DNA of 64,000 nt from Candidatus Sulfomarinibacteraceae bacterium (GTDB taxonomy: Bacteria; Acidobacteriota; Thermoanaerobaculia; Thermoanaerobaculales; Sulfomarinibacteraceae). This document shows, one piece after another, positions 47,921 to 57,510 of this stretch; the first letter of the stretch is position 1, and each line of letters starts with the position of its first letter. Under the pieces are notes generated by a model. The model did no database searches. It was not told where the DNA came from and saw only the letters and a list, made by a program, of their open reading frames with translations. The position numbers and the translations under genes were made by a program. The stretch lies in assembly GCA_963769215.1 (NCBI GenBank), contig CAVYKX010000004.1, forward strand, positions 235,566 to 299,565, written 5' to 3'.

Positions 47921-49105
47921 ATGACTCGATTCGAGGACCTCGACCTGTATCACATCGATCATCTCCTCAGCGACGAGGAGCGGATGGTTCGCAAATCGGT
48001 GCACGCGTGGGTGCGCGACCGTGTCCTGCCCGATATCGAGGAGTGGGCCTGGGAGAGCGTGTTTCCCCGCCACCTCATCAAGGAGATGGGCGACCTTCAC
48101 CTCCTCGGCGCCAGCTTCTCCGAGTACGATCTCGCCGGCCTGAGCAACGTCGCCTACGGTCTGATCTGCCAGGAGTTGGAACGCGGCGACTCCGGAATAC
48201 GCTCGTTTGTGTCGGTGCAGAACTCCCTGGTCATGTACCCCATACTCATGTGGGGGACACAGGAGCAGAAGGACCACTGGATCCCGAAGCTCGGAAACGG
48301 TGAGAGCATCGGTTGCTTCGGTCTGACCGAGCCCGATTTCGGCTCAAATCCGGGCTCCATGAGAACCCGCGCCGTGCGCGACGGCAACAGCTGGATTCTC
48401 AACGGCGAAAAGGCCTGGATCACCAACGGCGGCATCGCCGACGTGGCGGTCGTCTGGGCGCGCACCGACGAGGGAATCCGCGGCTTCCTGGTCGAACGCG
48501 GCACCCCCGGCTTCTCCACGGTCGAGCACAAGGGCAAGTACTCCCTGCGTGTGTCGGTCACCTCGCAGCTGGTGTTCGAGGACTGCCGGTTGCCGGCCGA
48601 GGGCATGCTGCCTGGGACGACCGGCCTGAGGAACCCGCTGATGTGCCTCACCCAGGCTCGATACGGCATCGCGTGGGGGGCCATCGGCTCGGCGATGGCC
48701 ACCTTCACCGCGGCTCTCAACTACGCCAAGAATCGCATCCAGTTCGGCGGCCGGCCAATCGCCGCACAACAGATCCAGCAGCAGAAGCTGGTATGGATGT
48801 ACAACGAGATCGTCAAATCTCAGCTCCTCGTGCTGCAACTCGGCCGGATGAAGGACGCCGGGAACATGGCTCACGAGGCGGTGTCGCTGGCCAAGCGCAA
48901 CAACGTGTGGGTGGCGCGGGAGTGCGCCAAGCTCGCCCGGGAGATCCACGGAGCCAACGGGATCGTCAACGAGTACCCGATCATGCGACACCTCATGAAC
49001 ATCGAGTCGGTCCACACCTACGAGGGCACCCACGACATGCACACCCTGGCAGTCGGGGCCTATCTGACCGGGATCCCGTCCTTCGATCCTCCGCCCACCG
49101 ACTAG
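47921..49105 (+). CDS. gcdH: Glutaryl-CoA dehydrogenase-type acyl-CoA dehydrogenase
   Basis: Internal ATG MTRFEDLDLYHIDHLLSDEERMV. Then GCFGLTEPDFGSNPGSM, KAWITNGGIADVAVVWA, ARYGIAWGAIG, and IMRHLMNIESVHTYEGTHDMHTL. Confidence 0.8.
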   Translation: MTRFEDLDLYHIDHLLSDEERMVRKSVHAWVRDRVLPDIEEWAWESVFPRHLIKEMGDLHLLGASFSEYDLAGLSNVAYGLICQELERGDSGIRSFVSVQNSLVMYPILMWGTQEQKDHWIPKLGNGESIGCFGLTEPDFGSNPGSMRTRAVRDGNSWILNGEKAWITNGGIADVAVVWARTDEGIRGFLVERGTPGFSTVEHKGKYSLRVSVTSQLVFEDCRLPAEGMLPGTTGLRNPLMCLTQARYGIAWGAIGSAMATFTAALNYAKNRIQFGGRPIAAQQIQQQKLVWMYNEIVKSQLLVLQLGRMKDAGNMAHEAVSLAKRNNVWVARECAKLAREIHGANGIVNEYPIMRHLMNIESVHTYEGTHDMHTLAVGAYLTGIPSFDPPPTD

Positions 49106-49198
49106 AGTGCCTCCGGCCAAGCAGCAAACACGCATATCCTCCAACTCCTCGATGATCCTGGGGACCACCTGAACCGGCAGGCCGCCGACGCGGATCAA
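49106..49198 (-). pseudogene. Remnant of a second DUF35-type gene (C-terminal roughly 25 codons)
   Basis: The minus strand encodes IRVGGLPVQVVPRIIEELEDMRV, matching EIGMPVQVVPRIFEELEDIRV at the C-terminus of the intact gene 50037..50483. No N-terminal part is present. Confidence 0.4.
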
Positions 49199-49253
49199 AA
49201 TTTGACTTCGGGACCATGCTCCTCAAAACTCTTTCTCAACCGAGGAGGTCACC

Positions 49254-49973
49254 ATGAAACGCGCCCTGTTTTTCGTCCTTGTTGTCATCCTCCTGGCTCA
49301 CCCATCGGTGAGCAGTGGGCAGAACAATCTGGTAGCGAACGGTGACTTCGAGGGCGGCGCCGCGTCGTGGTCGGAGTGGTCGAGCCCGGGCGGATGGACC
49401 ACCGATGTGTTTGCCCACGACTACGCATCCGGAGTCCCGATCTGGATGCCGGTGCCTTATCCATATGCTGGAGTCGGCAGTCACGGCCAGCACGTCGGCA
49501 CCAACAACGTGCACGGTGGGTTCTTCCAGGTGGTGAACGTCCAGGCAGGGATGAGCTACATCGTCTCGGGCATGTGGTCCGGCGGTATCGGCGAAAGCGG
49601 TTCGTTGCCATTCGACGTCGCCTGGTTCGAGGTCACGGTCTATCAGGGCGCCGTCGGGCAGGCGGAGATCGATGGTGCGCCCGGCCCCGGCGATGTGGTG
49701 ATCGCGAAACGGGAGTATACGAACGACTCGATCATTTCTTTCGCTTGGGAACAGTTCAGCGGGTCGTTTGTCGCAGAACAAGACCAGGTGACGCTCGCAT
49801 TCAAGACCGGCAAGGTGAGTCCGAACTGGCATCCGATCGCCGCCTTCCACGATGATGTCAGCGTACGACTTCTGGCCGAAGAGATACCGGCCCTCGGCCC
49901 CGCTGGAGTCCTGGTGTTCTTTGTTGTTCTGGCAGCGATCGGCGCGGCGATCCTGTCGCGCCGGACCGGCTGA
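49254..49973 (+). CDS. Secreted protein with a CBM-like N-terminal domain and an IPTL-CTERM-like sorting tail
   Basis: Signal peptide MKRALFFVLVVILLAHPSVSSGQ, then NLVANGDFEGGAASW. C-terminal EEIPALGPAGVLVFFVVLAAIGAAILSRR (motif, TM segment, basic residues). Confidence 0.55.
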   Translation: MKRALFFVLVVILLAHPSVSSGQNNLVANGDFEGGAASWSEWSSPGGWTTDVFAHDYASGVPIWMPVPYPYAGVGSHGQHVGTNNVHGGFFQVVNVQAGMSYIVSGMWSGGIGESGSLPFDVAWFEVTVYQGAVGQAEIDGAPGPGDVVIAKREYTNDSIISFAWEQFSGSFVAEQDQVTLAFKTGKVSPNWHPIAAFHDDVSVRLLAEEIPALGPAGVLVFFVVLAAIGAAILSRRTG

Positions 49974-50036
49974 GAGTTTGACCTGACCCGATCCCGACGT
50001 GCCACACCGCAGACTGAAGAGCCAAGCCGGGCCTCG

Positions 50037-50483
50037 CTACGAAGCTTGCGGAGCCTTGCCCCAGGTGGTGCCTGGCTGCTCGACGGTGTAGTAGACCCGG
50101 ATGTCTTCCAACTCTTCGAAGATTCGTGGGACCACCTGGACCGGCATGCCGATCTCGGCTTCGTCGATCGAGTCGCCGAGCCAGGCCAGGAGCCGTCCGC
50201 CTTCCTCGAGGTCGACCAACGCCACGGTGTACGGGGCGATGTCGTCGAAGCCGGTCGGTGCCGCGGCCACCGTCGAGTGGGTGTAGATCGTTCCCCGGCC
50301 GCTGATCTCTTTGAACTCGAAGCTGCCGCTCAGGCACTCGGAGCAGTCGGCGCGCGGCGGAAAGCTGAAATCTCCGCACTCCGAGCAGACCGAACCCATG
50401 AGCCGCCCATCCTTGAGATGGACTGCGAAGTCCGAGACCTTCGAGTACGGCACGAAGTTGACTTTTCCGAACCAGCTCGGCAT
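50037..50483 (-). CDS. Zn-ribbon/OB-fold protein (DUF35 family, thiolase partner)
   Basis: CSECGDFSFPPRADCSECLS rubredoxin-like knuckle followed by an OB fold. It sits immediately downstream of the thiolase-like gene. Confidence 0.75.
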   Translation of the reverse strand: MPSWFGKVNFVPYSKVSDFAVHLKDGRLMGSVCSECGDFSFPPRADCSECLSGSFEFKEISGRGTIYTHSTVAAAPTGFDDIAPYTVALVDLEEGGRLLAWLGDSIDEAEIGMPVQVVPRIFEELEDIRVYYTVEQPGTTWGKAPQAS

Positions 50484-50486
50484 GGC

Positions 50487-51636
50487 TCAGTCCCTCCTGA
50501 AGAGATTGACAAAGGTGTACTGGCCGATGCCGCCGACGTTGTGGGTCAGACCCACGGCGGCGTCCGGCACCTGGCGGTCGCCCGCGTCACCTCGCAGTTG
50601 GGTGACGATCTCGTAGGCCATCGACACGCCGGTGGCGCCGATCGGATGGCCCTTCGCCTTGAGGCCACCGTCGACGTTCACCGCCACGTCGCCGCCGATG
50701 TACGAGCGCTTCTCCTCGATGAACGGACCGCCCTCACCCTTGGCGCAGAAACCGAGGTCCTCATAGGCCATGATCTCGGCGATGGTGAAGCAGTCGTGGA
50801 CCTCGGCCACATCCACGTCCGCGGCGCCGACGCCGGCCATCTCGTAGGCCTGGCGGGCCGCGTCCTGCGCCGAGGGCAGACCCACCAGATGCGGTCGCCG
50901 GAGCACCGACATGCTGGCGGTGGCGCACCCGACACCATCGAGCCACACCACCTTGTCGCCGTGCTCGGCGGCCCGCTCCTCGTCGGCGAGGATGACGCAG
51001 GCCGCGCCGTCGGCGTTGGCGCAGCAGTCGTAGACGCAGAAGGGCGACGCCACGGGATCCGAGGCGAGCGCCTTCTCCATCGTGATCTCTTTGCGGAAGA
51101 GGGCGTTGGGGTTCATGGCGCCGTAGTGGTGGTTCTTGATCGCGACCTCGAGAAGCTGCTCCCGGGTGGTGCCGAACTCGTGCATGTGGCGGTTGGCGAA
51201 CATGGCGTAGTACGAAGGGAAGGTGGTCCCGAAGACCGACTCCCACTGGACCTCGCCGACCCGCCCCATCAGCGCGAGGATCTCGGCGGTGCTGAGCTCG
51301 GTCATCTTCTGGCAGCCGATCACCGCCACCACATTGTGCAGGCCCGGATTGGATCGCCATCCACGCGGTGCGGATGGCGGCGCTCCCCGACGCGCAGGCG
51401 ACCTCGGTCAGCCAAGTGGGTTTGGGGTTGAGACCGAGGTACTCCTGGACCACCCCGGCAACCGATCGCTGCTTGTGGTACTCGGGCACCGCGCCGATGA
51501 CCGAGGCGTCGATCACGCTCGCGGATCGATGCCGGCATCCTCGATCGCCGCGCGAAACGCCTCGAAGGCGAGCTCCTGCACGGTGGCGTCACCGCCTGCG
51601 CCCGTGCCCGATACCGATGACTCCGACTCGCGTCAT
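50487..51636 (-). pseudogene. Thiolase-domain (SCP-x-type) acetyl-CoA acetyltransferase-like protein, 3 frameshifts (about 51350, 51525, 51590)
   Basis: MTRVGVIGIGHG / ATVQELAFEAFRAAIEDAGIDP / VIGAVPEYHKQRSVAGVVQEYLGLNPKPTWLTEVACASGSAAIRTAWMAIQSG / VAVIGCQKMT...VHDCFTIAEIMAYEDLGF...GGLKAKGHPIGATG. Confidence 0.75.
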
Positions 51637-51672
51637 GCCTGTCCTCCGATGACTCCCATCACCCTAGCGTCA

Positions 51673-51723
51673 GAGCGGGCGGGTGGAATTCCTAATCCGA
51701 ATCCTAACTCTCAACTTCAAATG
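51673..51723. repeat. G-box plus AATCCT-type heptamers spanning the SDR gene stop (stop, heptamers, C-box on the coding strand)
   Basis: GAGCGGGCGGGTGG AATTCCT AATCCG AATCCT AACTCT CAACTTC AAATG. Confidence 0.8.
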
Positions 51724-52467
51724 TACTGTCCCCCATCGATCTTGATGACCTCGCCGGTGATGTGCCGCGACCGGTCGGAGCACAGGAAGCACACCAGGTG
51801 GGCCACATCCTCGGGCGTCGCGAATCGACCCACCACGGTCTCGGCGAGGGCCGCGTTCTTGAACTCGGGCGGGATCTTCTCCATCATCTCGGTCAGCACC
51901 ATCCCGGGCGCGACCGCGTTGACGTTGACGTTGAACTTGCCCAGCTCCTTGGCGAGCGACTTCGTCATCGCGATCTCGCCACCCTTCGATGCCGCGTAGT
52001 TCGCCTGCGCAAACTTTCCGCGGATCCCGTTGATGGAGGAGATGTTGACGATCTTGCCGTACTTCTGGTCCTTGAAGTGGAGCGCCGCCGCCTTGTTGTA
52101 GTTGAAGTAGCCCTTGAGGTTGACGTTGATGACCGCGTCCCACTGCTCCTCGGTCATCTTCCAGATCACCCCGTCCCAGGTGATGCCGGCGTTGCAGACC
52201 AGGATGTCGAAGCGGCCGAAAGTCTCTCCGACCTTCTCCACCATCGCCTCGGCGTCGGCGTAGCTCGACACATCGGCCTTGACCGCCAGACCCTTGCGAC
52301 CCATCTCCTCGATCTCCGCCACCACCGGCCTTCGCCTCGTCATCGTGGCGCCGGTAGTTGACGGCCACGTTGGCGCCCTCGCGCGCCAGCTCGAGCGCGA
52401 TCGCCCGCCCGATGCCGAGACTGCCGCCGGTGACGATGGCCCCTTTTCCCTCGAGATCAAAATTCAC
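51717..52467 (-). pseudogene. Short-chain dehydrogenase/reductase (3-oxoacyl-ACP reductase-like), one frameshift near 52320
   Basis: GGAGG, then GTG; NFDLEGKGAIVTGGSLGIGRAIALELAREGANVAVNYRRHDDEAKA joins VVAEIEEMGRKGLAVKADVS...NAG...YAASKGG.... Confidence 0.8.
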
Positions 52468-52499
52468 TTTCCGCCTCCTTGTCACCGCGAGAGACCATC

Positions 52500-53332
52500 C
52501 TACAGTGCCCTCAGAAATTCCTCGATCACACGGGCAAGCTCAGAGGGCCGCTCCATCGGCAGGAAATGCGAGCTTTCAGCAACCACCGCCGTGCGGGATG
52601 CCGGCACCTCCCTCTCCACCCTCGCCCGCGCGGCGTCGAGGAAGGTGTCACTGTGCTCACCCTGCACAAAGAGGGTCGGCACCGACACCTTCCGGAGCTC
52701 CGCCCACAGGTCGTGCGGCGCCGCTGAAAAAATCGTCGCCTCCCACTCCCTGGGGTAGCGCAGGCGCACCCCACCCTGAGGCAGGTCGACCAACCCAGCG
52801 TCCAGATAGTCGTCGAGGACCTCGGAGTCCCAGCTTGCGAACACCTTCTTGCTCGAGTAGGTCTTTCGAGCCTCGCCACGGTCCGACCACAGCTCGCGTC
52901 GGCGACGGGCGCCACGCACGAGCCTTATCCGCCCACCCAGACCAACCGCTTTTACCGCCCCCCAGAAGAGCGAGTGCGCACCGGTGAGCACGAGGGGGTC
53001 CACCGCGACCACGGCCGAGAACAGCCCCGGGTCGGCGGCCACGGCGAGCAGCGATATGACCGCCCCCAGACTGTGCCCGACCCCGACGATGCCGCGCAGA
53101 TCGCGACGTCCGAGCTCCGCCCGCAGGTCGTCTCCAAATACCGACCAGTCCCGCAGCGCTATGGGCTTCATGTCCGGCCACAGGGGTCGTGCAGACATCG
53201 AGACGACGTGGTGGCTCTTGGCGAGGTCTCCGATCAGCCTGCGGTAGGTGCCGGGGGGAAAGCCGTTGGCATGAGCGAAGTGGAGCGCCGGACCGGTCCC
53301 CCCCAATCGTGCCAGGCAGAGTCCACCCCCAT
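52500..53332 (-). pseudogene. Alpha/beta-fold hydrolase, frameshift in a homopolymer at 53298-53304
   Basis: MGVDSAWHDWGG is joined to TGPALHFAHANGFPPGTY only if the 7-G run (minus strand) is 8 long. Nucleophile elbow GVGHSLGA. Confidence 0.7.
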
Positions 53333-53363
53333 CGCATTCACTTCGGCGCCCATCTTCGCTACC

Positions 53364-54218
53364 TCACGACGACTCTGCCTGCTCGCCGTCCGCCTGCAAT
53401 CGGCCCACCAGCTGCCGCCAGCGCTCGATGTACTCGGGCTTTTCTTCTCGCCAGAGTGTCCCGACAACGATTTTGCGGTTTGCGGCTCGCTCGTCGGGGC
53501 TCAGCTTGGCGAGATCGAGGCGCGTGATCGTGTTCTTCTTGTACCAATCCCAGTTGGCAGGAGCATCCTGCAGCTCGTTGGCCTTTCCGTAGCCCGTCGG
53601 ACACGGCGCGAGGATTTCGACGAAGCCGAAGCCCTTTGTTCGAATGGCCGACTCGACGGCGGCGATGGTCTCGTACGGGAACCCCATCGTCCACCGCGCT
53701 ACGAAGGGGGCGCCGGCGCCAATGGCGAGACGGCACAGGTCGAAGGGCTCCTCGAGGTTGCCATATGGTGTGGTTGTCGACAGGTCCTGAGCCGGCGTCG
53801 TGGGTGAGACCTGACCGCCGGTCATGCCGTAGTTGTAATTGTTGATGCAGATGACCGTCATGTCGACGTTGCGCCGGGCGGCGTGGATGAAGTGGTTGCC
53901 GCCGATGCCGGCCATGTCGCCGTCGCCCGTGAAGACGATGACCGAGAGCTCGGGCTTGTAGACCTTGACGCCGGTGGCGAAGGCGATCGCGCGGCCGTGA
54001 GTGGTGTGGAGGCCGTCGGCCTCGATGTATCCGGGAAGCCGGGATGAGCACCCGATCCCCGAACAGAAGACCGTCCGGTCGATGTCGAGGCCGATGCTGT
54101 CGATTGCCCTCAAGGTGTAGTTGAGGACGTTTCCAATGCCACAACCCGTGCAGAAGATGGAAGGCCACATCTCGTCGCGGATGTACTTTTCGCGGATCTT
54201 CTTTGCCTGGTTGAACAT
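53364..54218 (-). CDS. 2-oxoacid:ferredoxin oxidoreductase beta subunit (TPP-binding), set 2
   Basis: FCTGCGIG, SGIGCSSR, HGRAIAFATG, GDGDMAGIGGNHFIHAARRN, YGMTGGQ. Confidence 0.85.
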   Translation of the reverse strand: MFNQAKKIREKYIRDEMWPSIFCTGCGIGNVLNYTLRAIDSIGLDIDRTVFCSGIGCSSRLPGYIEADGLHTTHGRAIAFATGVKVYKPELSVIVFTGDGDMAGIGGNHFIHAARRNVDMTVICINNYNYGMTGGQVSPTTPAQDLSTTTPYGNLEEPFDLCRLAIGAGAPFVARWTMGFPYETIAAVESAIRTKGFGFVEILAPCPTGYGKANELQDAPANWDWYKKNTITRLDLAKLSPDERAANRKIVVGTLWREEKPEYIERWRQLVGRLQADGEQAESS

Positions 54219-55403
54219 TCAGACCTTCTCCCCTCCCTCGATCAGCGCTCTCACGATCTCCTCCGGCGGGATGATCTCGCCGCCGATCCTCGACACTCGT
54301 TCGACGGCAGACCCTCCCTCGAGAGCTTCCCGCACCACGTGGCAGATCTGTCCCAAGTTCATTTCGGGCACTACAACGCGCTCGAGGCCGCTTGCGAAAC
54401 TCTGCACCGCGCGTTCGGGGAACGGGAACACCGAGATCAGCCGCAGGTGACTGATCTTCCTTCCTTCAGCGCGGGCGATCCTTCACGGCGCCTGCAGCCG
54501 ACCGGGCCGAGATTCCGTACGACACGATGCCCACTTTGGCATCTTCCTCGCCGTCGATTTCGACTCGGGTCAGTCGGTCCGCGTCATCTCGGATCTTGCC
54601 CACCAACCGCCCTACGAGCCGCGTGTGCTCGTCGGCGTCGTCGGTAGTCGGAAGGCCCCTCTCGTTGTGGGTGAGACCGGTCACGTAGGTGTGGAAGCCG
54701 GTCCCGAAAGCCGCCATCTCGGGAACCGCCCCATCCACCGCGCGGAACGGGAAGTGGGTCCCCGGCTCGCATGACGGTCTGCATCTCTCCACCAGTTCGA
54801 TTTCTTCCTGCGCAGGCAAGACGATCTTCTCGCGCATGTGGCCGACCTCGCCGTCGGTCATGACCAGGACGGGGTTCCGGTACTCCTCGGCAAGGTTGAA
54901 GGCGAGCCGGGTCAGGTCGAGGCACTCCTGCACCGATGCCGGCGCCAAGGCGATGATCTCGTGGTCGCCGTGGGTGCCCCAGCGTGCCTGCATCATGTCG
55001 CCCTGCGCGGGTTCCGTGGGTTGGCCGGTGGACGGTCCTGATCGTTGGACATTGATGATCACGCACGGTGTCTCGGTCATGCAGGCGTAGCCGATCCCCT
55101 CCTGCATCAACGAGAACCCCGGTCCGCTGGTGGCGGTGAGCGCCCGGCCGCCGGCCCAGGCGCACCGATGACGGCCGACAAGGAGGCGATCTCGTCCTCC
55201 ATCTGCATCACCGCACCGCCCAGCCGCGGCAGAAGTCCCGCCATCGTCTCCGCCACCTCGGTTGCAGGAGTGATGGGGTAGCCGGCGAAGAAATCGCAGC
55301 CACCGAGGATGGCGCCGTAGACACACGCGACATCTCCCTGCGCGAACTTCTCCCGCGATCCCAGGACCTTCATGACACGGTTGTAGTCGACCTCACGAGT
55401 CAT
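54219..55403 (-). pseudogene. 2-oxoacid:ferredoxin oxidoreductase alpha subunit, set 2, 2 frameshifts (about 55160, about 54450)
   Basis: GYPITPATEVAE...MQMEDEIASLSAVIGA / TATSGPGFSLMQEGIGYACMTETPCVIINVQRSGPSTGQPT / FPFPERAV...VVVPEMNLGQ. Confidence 0.8.
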
Positions 55404-55929
55404 TGTGCCCCTTTCCGCGACTCAGCCACAGGTCACGACCGGCCTGAACCGCTCGACGGTTCAGGTCCTCGGTTCCTGTTGGAATATTGTCCAGCACCGT
55501 ACTTTCGAGCACATCGTGGGGGATGACATCGATGAGGGCGCCGAGGTAGCCCAGCATGACGATGTTGGAGACGATCTTGCGGCCCACCTCTTCCGCCGTC
55601 TCGGTGAAGGGTGCCGACATCACGTTCTCGGCGTCCACGAGGGTCTCGTCGACCAGAACCACGCCGTCATCAGCCACCTCCCGGCCAAACTTGTCGTAGC
55701 CGGCCTGCGACAGAGCGACCACCACGTCGGCCCGTGAGACCCTCGGATAGTCGATGGGTTCTGAGGAGATCACAACCTCGGCGCGGGCCGCGCCGCCACG
55801 GGACTCGGGACCGTAGGACTGGGTCTGAACCGCCCAGTATCCGGCCCGTGTCGCCGCCTCGCCGAGGATGACGCCGGAGAGGATGATGCCCTGGCCTCCG
55901 AATCCGCAGATCCGAATCTCCTTCTTCAT
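55393..55929 (-). CDS. 2-oxoacid:ferredoxin oxidoreductase gamma subunit, set 2
   Basis: Internal start MKKEIRICGFGGQGIILSGVILGEAA...QSYGPESRGGAARAEVVIS. 178 aa. Confidence 0.8.
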   Translation of the reverse strand: MKKEIRICGFGGQGIILSGVILGEAATRAGYWAVQTQSYGPESRGGAARAEVVISSEPIDYPRVSRADVVVALSQAGYDKFGREVADDGVVLVDETLVDAENVMSAPFTETAEEVGRKIVSNIVMLGYLGALIDVIPHDVLESTVLDNIPTGTEDLNRRAVQAGRDLWLSRGKGHNDS

Positions 55930-55945
55930 CTCAACGACCTCGATC

Positions 55946-56491
55946 TCATGACTTCTCCAAGCCCATCTGTGCTGATGCGTACCGGATTCCCATTTCGAGT
56001 GCCGCGGTGTTTTTTTCCTCGGTCCCCGGTGGAACGCTCGCTCTGATGGTTTGCAGGAGGCACTCGTGCGTGACGAGCCCCGCAATCTCGTTAACGAATC
56101 CGATCATCAGCATGTTGGCGATGATCTTGCGACCAAATTCCTTGTGGGCGATGTCGGTGGCCCGCAGACCGTACTTTCGAGCGGGGTCATCCTCGGCCGG
56201 CGTGACCAGGTCCGACTCGTAACACAGCAGGCCGCCATCCACCAGTGCACCGCGGTACGCGTCGTAGGACTGCTGTGACATCGTCACCAACACGTCCACT
56301 TCGTCGTGGATAAGATCGTAGATCTCGCCGCTCTCGATTGCGACATCGCTCTTGGTCAGCCCGCCCCGCGAAGCGCTCCCGTACGACTGTGTGTGGATCG
56401 AGTTGAGGCCCTCGAACATGGCGGCCTTGCCGAAGACAAAGCCGCACAGCACCACACCCTGGCCCCCGAAGCCGGCAAAACGGAGTTTCAT
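55946..56491 (-). CDS. 2-oxoacid:ferredoxin oxidoreductase gamma subunit, set 1
   Basis: MKLRFAGFGGQGVVLCGFVFGKAA...QSYGSASRGGLTKSDVAIE. 181 aa. Confidence 0.8.
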   Translation of the reverse strand: MKLRFAGFGGQGVVLCGFVFGKAAMFEGLNSIHTQSYGSASRGGLTKSDVAIESGEIYDLIHDEVDVLVTMSQQSYDAYRGALVDGGLLCYESDLVTPAEDDPARKYGLRATDIAHKEFGRKIIANMLMIGFVNEIAGLVTHECLLQTIRASVPPGTEEKNTAALEMGIRYASAQMGLEKS

Positions 56492-57510
56492 CGTCCCGTT
56501 TCCAGAGCCGAGGTGTCCTGGCGCAGATCACCTTCGGTTCGCAGCGATTCACGACGCCGGGCGATGAGTTGCTGCAGTCCGTCACCGAACTCGGCCCGCT
56601 GCCTCTCGACGAGCTTGCCGACGACGAAAGCCCGGTCCAGCTCCTCCTCCGACAGTCCCTTGGAGTCATCGACGTGGATCGAGGCATCACGAAGTTGTTG
56701 GAGCATGGTGACCGGATCGCTCGTACCGGTCATCTTGCCGTAGCTCACCGGGCACTGACTGATGATCTCGACAAAGGAGAAGCCCTTCTTGTGGATGGCA
56801 TTCTGCATCGACTCCATCAGTTGGAACACGTGGTAGGTCGTCCATCGCGCAACATAGCTCCCGCCCGCCGCTGCGACCACGTCTGCGATCTTGAACGGGT
56901 GTTCCAGGTTGAGATACGGCGTCGTCGTGGTGCGTGTGCCGAACGGGGTGGTGGGCGACACCTGGCCGCCGGTCATGCCGTAGATGAAGTTGTTGACCAG
57001 GAAGACCGTCAGATCGAGATTACGGCGGGCCGCGTGTATCAGGTGATTGCCGCCGATCCCGGCGAGGTCACCGTCGCCGGCGATGACGATCACCTTCATG
57101 TCGGGCCGCATCACTTTGACGCCGCTGGCAAAGGCGATCGCCCGACCGTGGGTGGTGTGCAGGGTGTCGCACAGAAAGTACGGGCTCGGGATCCACGAAG
57201 AGCAACCGATGCCGGTGACGCACACGATCTCGCGCGGGTCGATATGCATCTCGTCGATGGCATGGGCAAAGGCGTTGAGTACGGTTCCCCCACCGCAGCC
57301 CACACAGAAGGTGGTTGGAAGAACCTCTTCTCGCAGATAGCGCAGGAGTCGGTGACGGGTAGGCCCGGGTCGATCCACTACCTCGTCCGGGCACAGGCCG
57401 AGCAACGGGTCGCGAGTTCCGTACTGGGGGAAAGACGGCGTCTCCTGGGCTTCGACCTCGGAGGGGGCGGCTGCCTCGAAGTACTCGGGGTCGATCAGTC
57501 GCCTCAGCAT
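56488..57510 (-). CDS. 2-oxoacid:ferredoxin oxidoreductase beta subunit, set 1 (N-terminal extension)
   Basis: FCVGCGGG, TGIGCSSW, HGRAIAFASG, GDGDLAGIGGNHLIHAARRN, YGMTGGQ. Confidence 0.85.
   Translation of the reverse strand: MLRRLIDPEYFEAAAPSEVEAQETPSFPQYGTRDPLLGLCPDEVVDRPGPTRHRLLRYLREEVLPTTFCVGCGGGTVLNAFAHAIDEMHIDPREIVCVTGIGCSSWIPSPYFLCDTLHTTHGRAIAFASGVKVMRPDMKVIVIAGDGDLAGIGGNHLIHAARRNLDLTVFLVNNFIYGMTGGQVSPTTPFGTRTTTTPYLNLEHPFKIADVVAAAGGSYVARWTTYHVFQLMESMQNAIHKKGFSFVEIISQCPVSYGKMTGTSDPVTMLQQLRDASIHVDDSKGLSEEELDRAFVVGKLVERQRAEFGDGLQQLIARRRESLRTEGDLRQDTSALETGR

Noticed and set aside
50046-51431. Long antisense ORFs, for example 50046..51431(+), 6789..7856(-), 7887..8660(-), 8567..9571(-), 56569..57558(+), 59266..60771(-), 62688..63950(-) and 40280..41275(+)
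   Set aside because: Each lies opposite a gene with clear family motifs. Their translations are low-complexity and rich in Arg, Gly and Pro.
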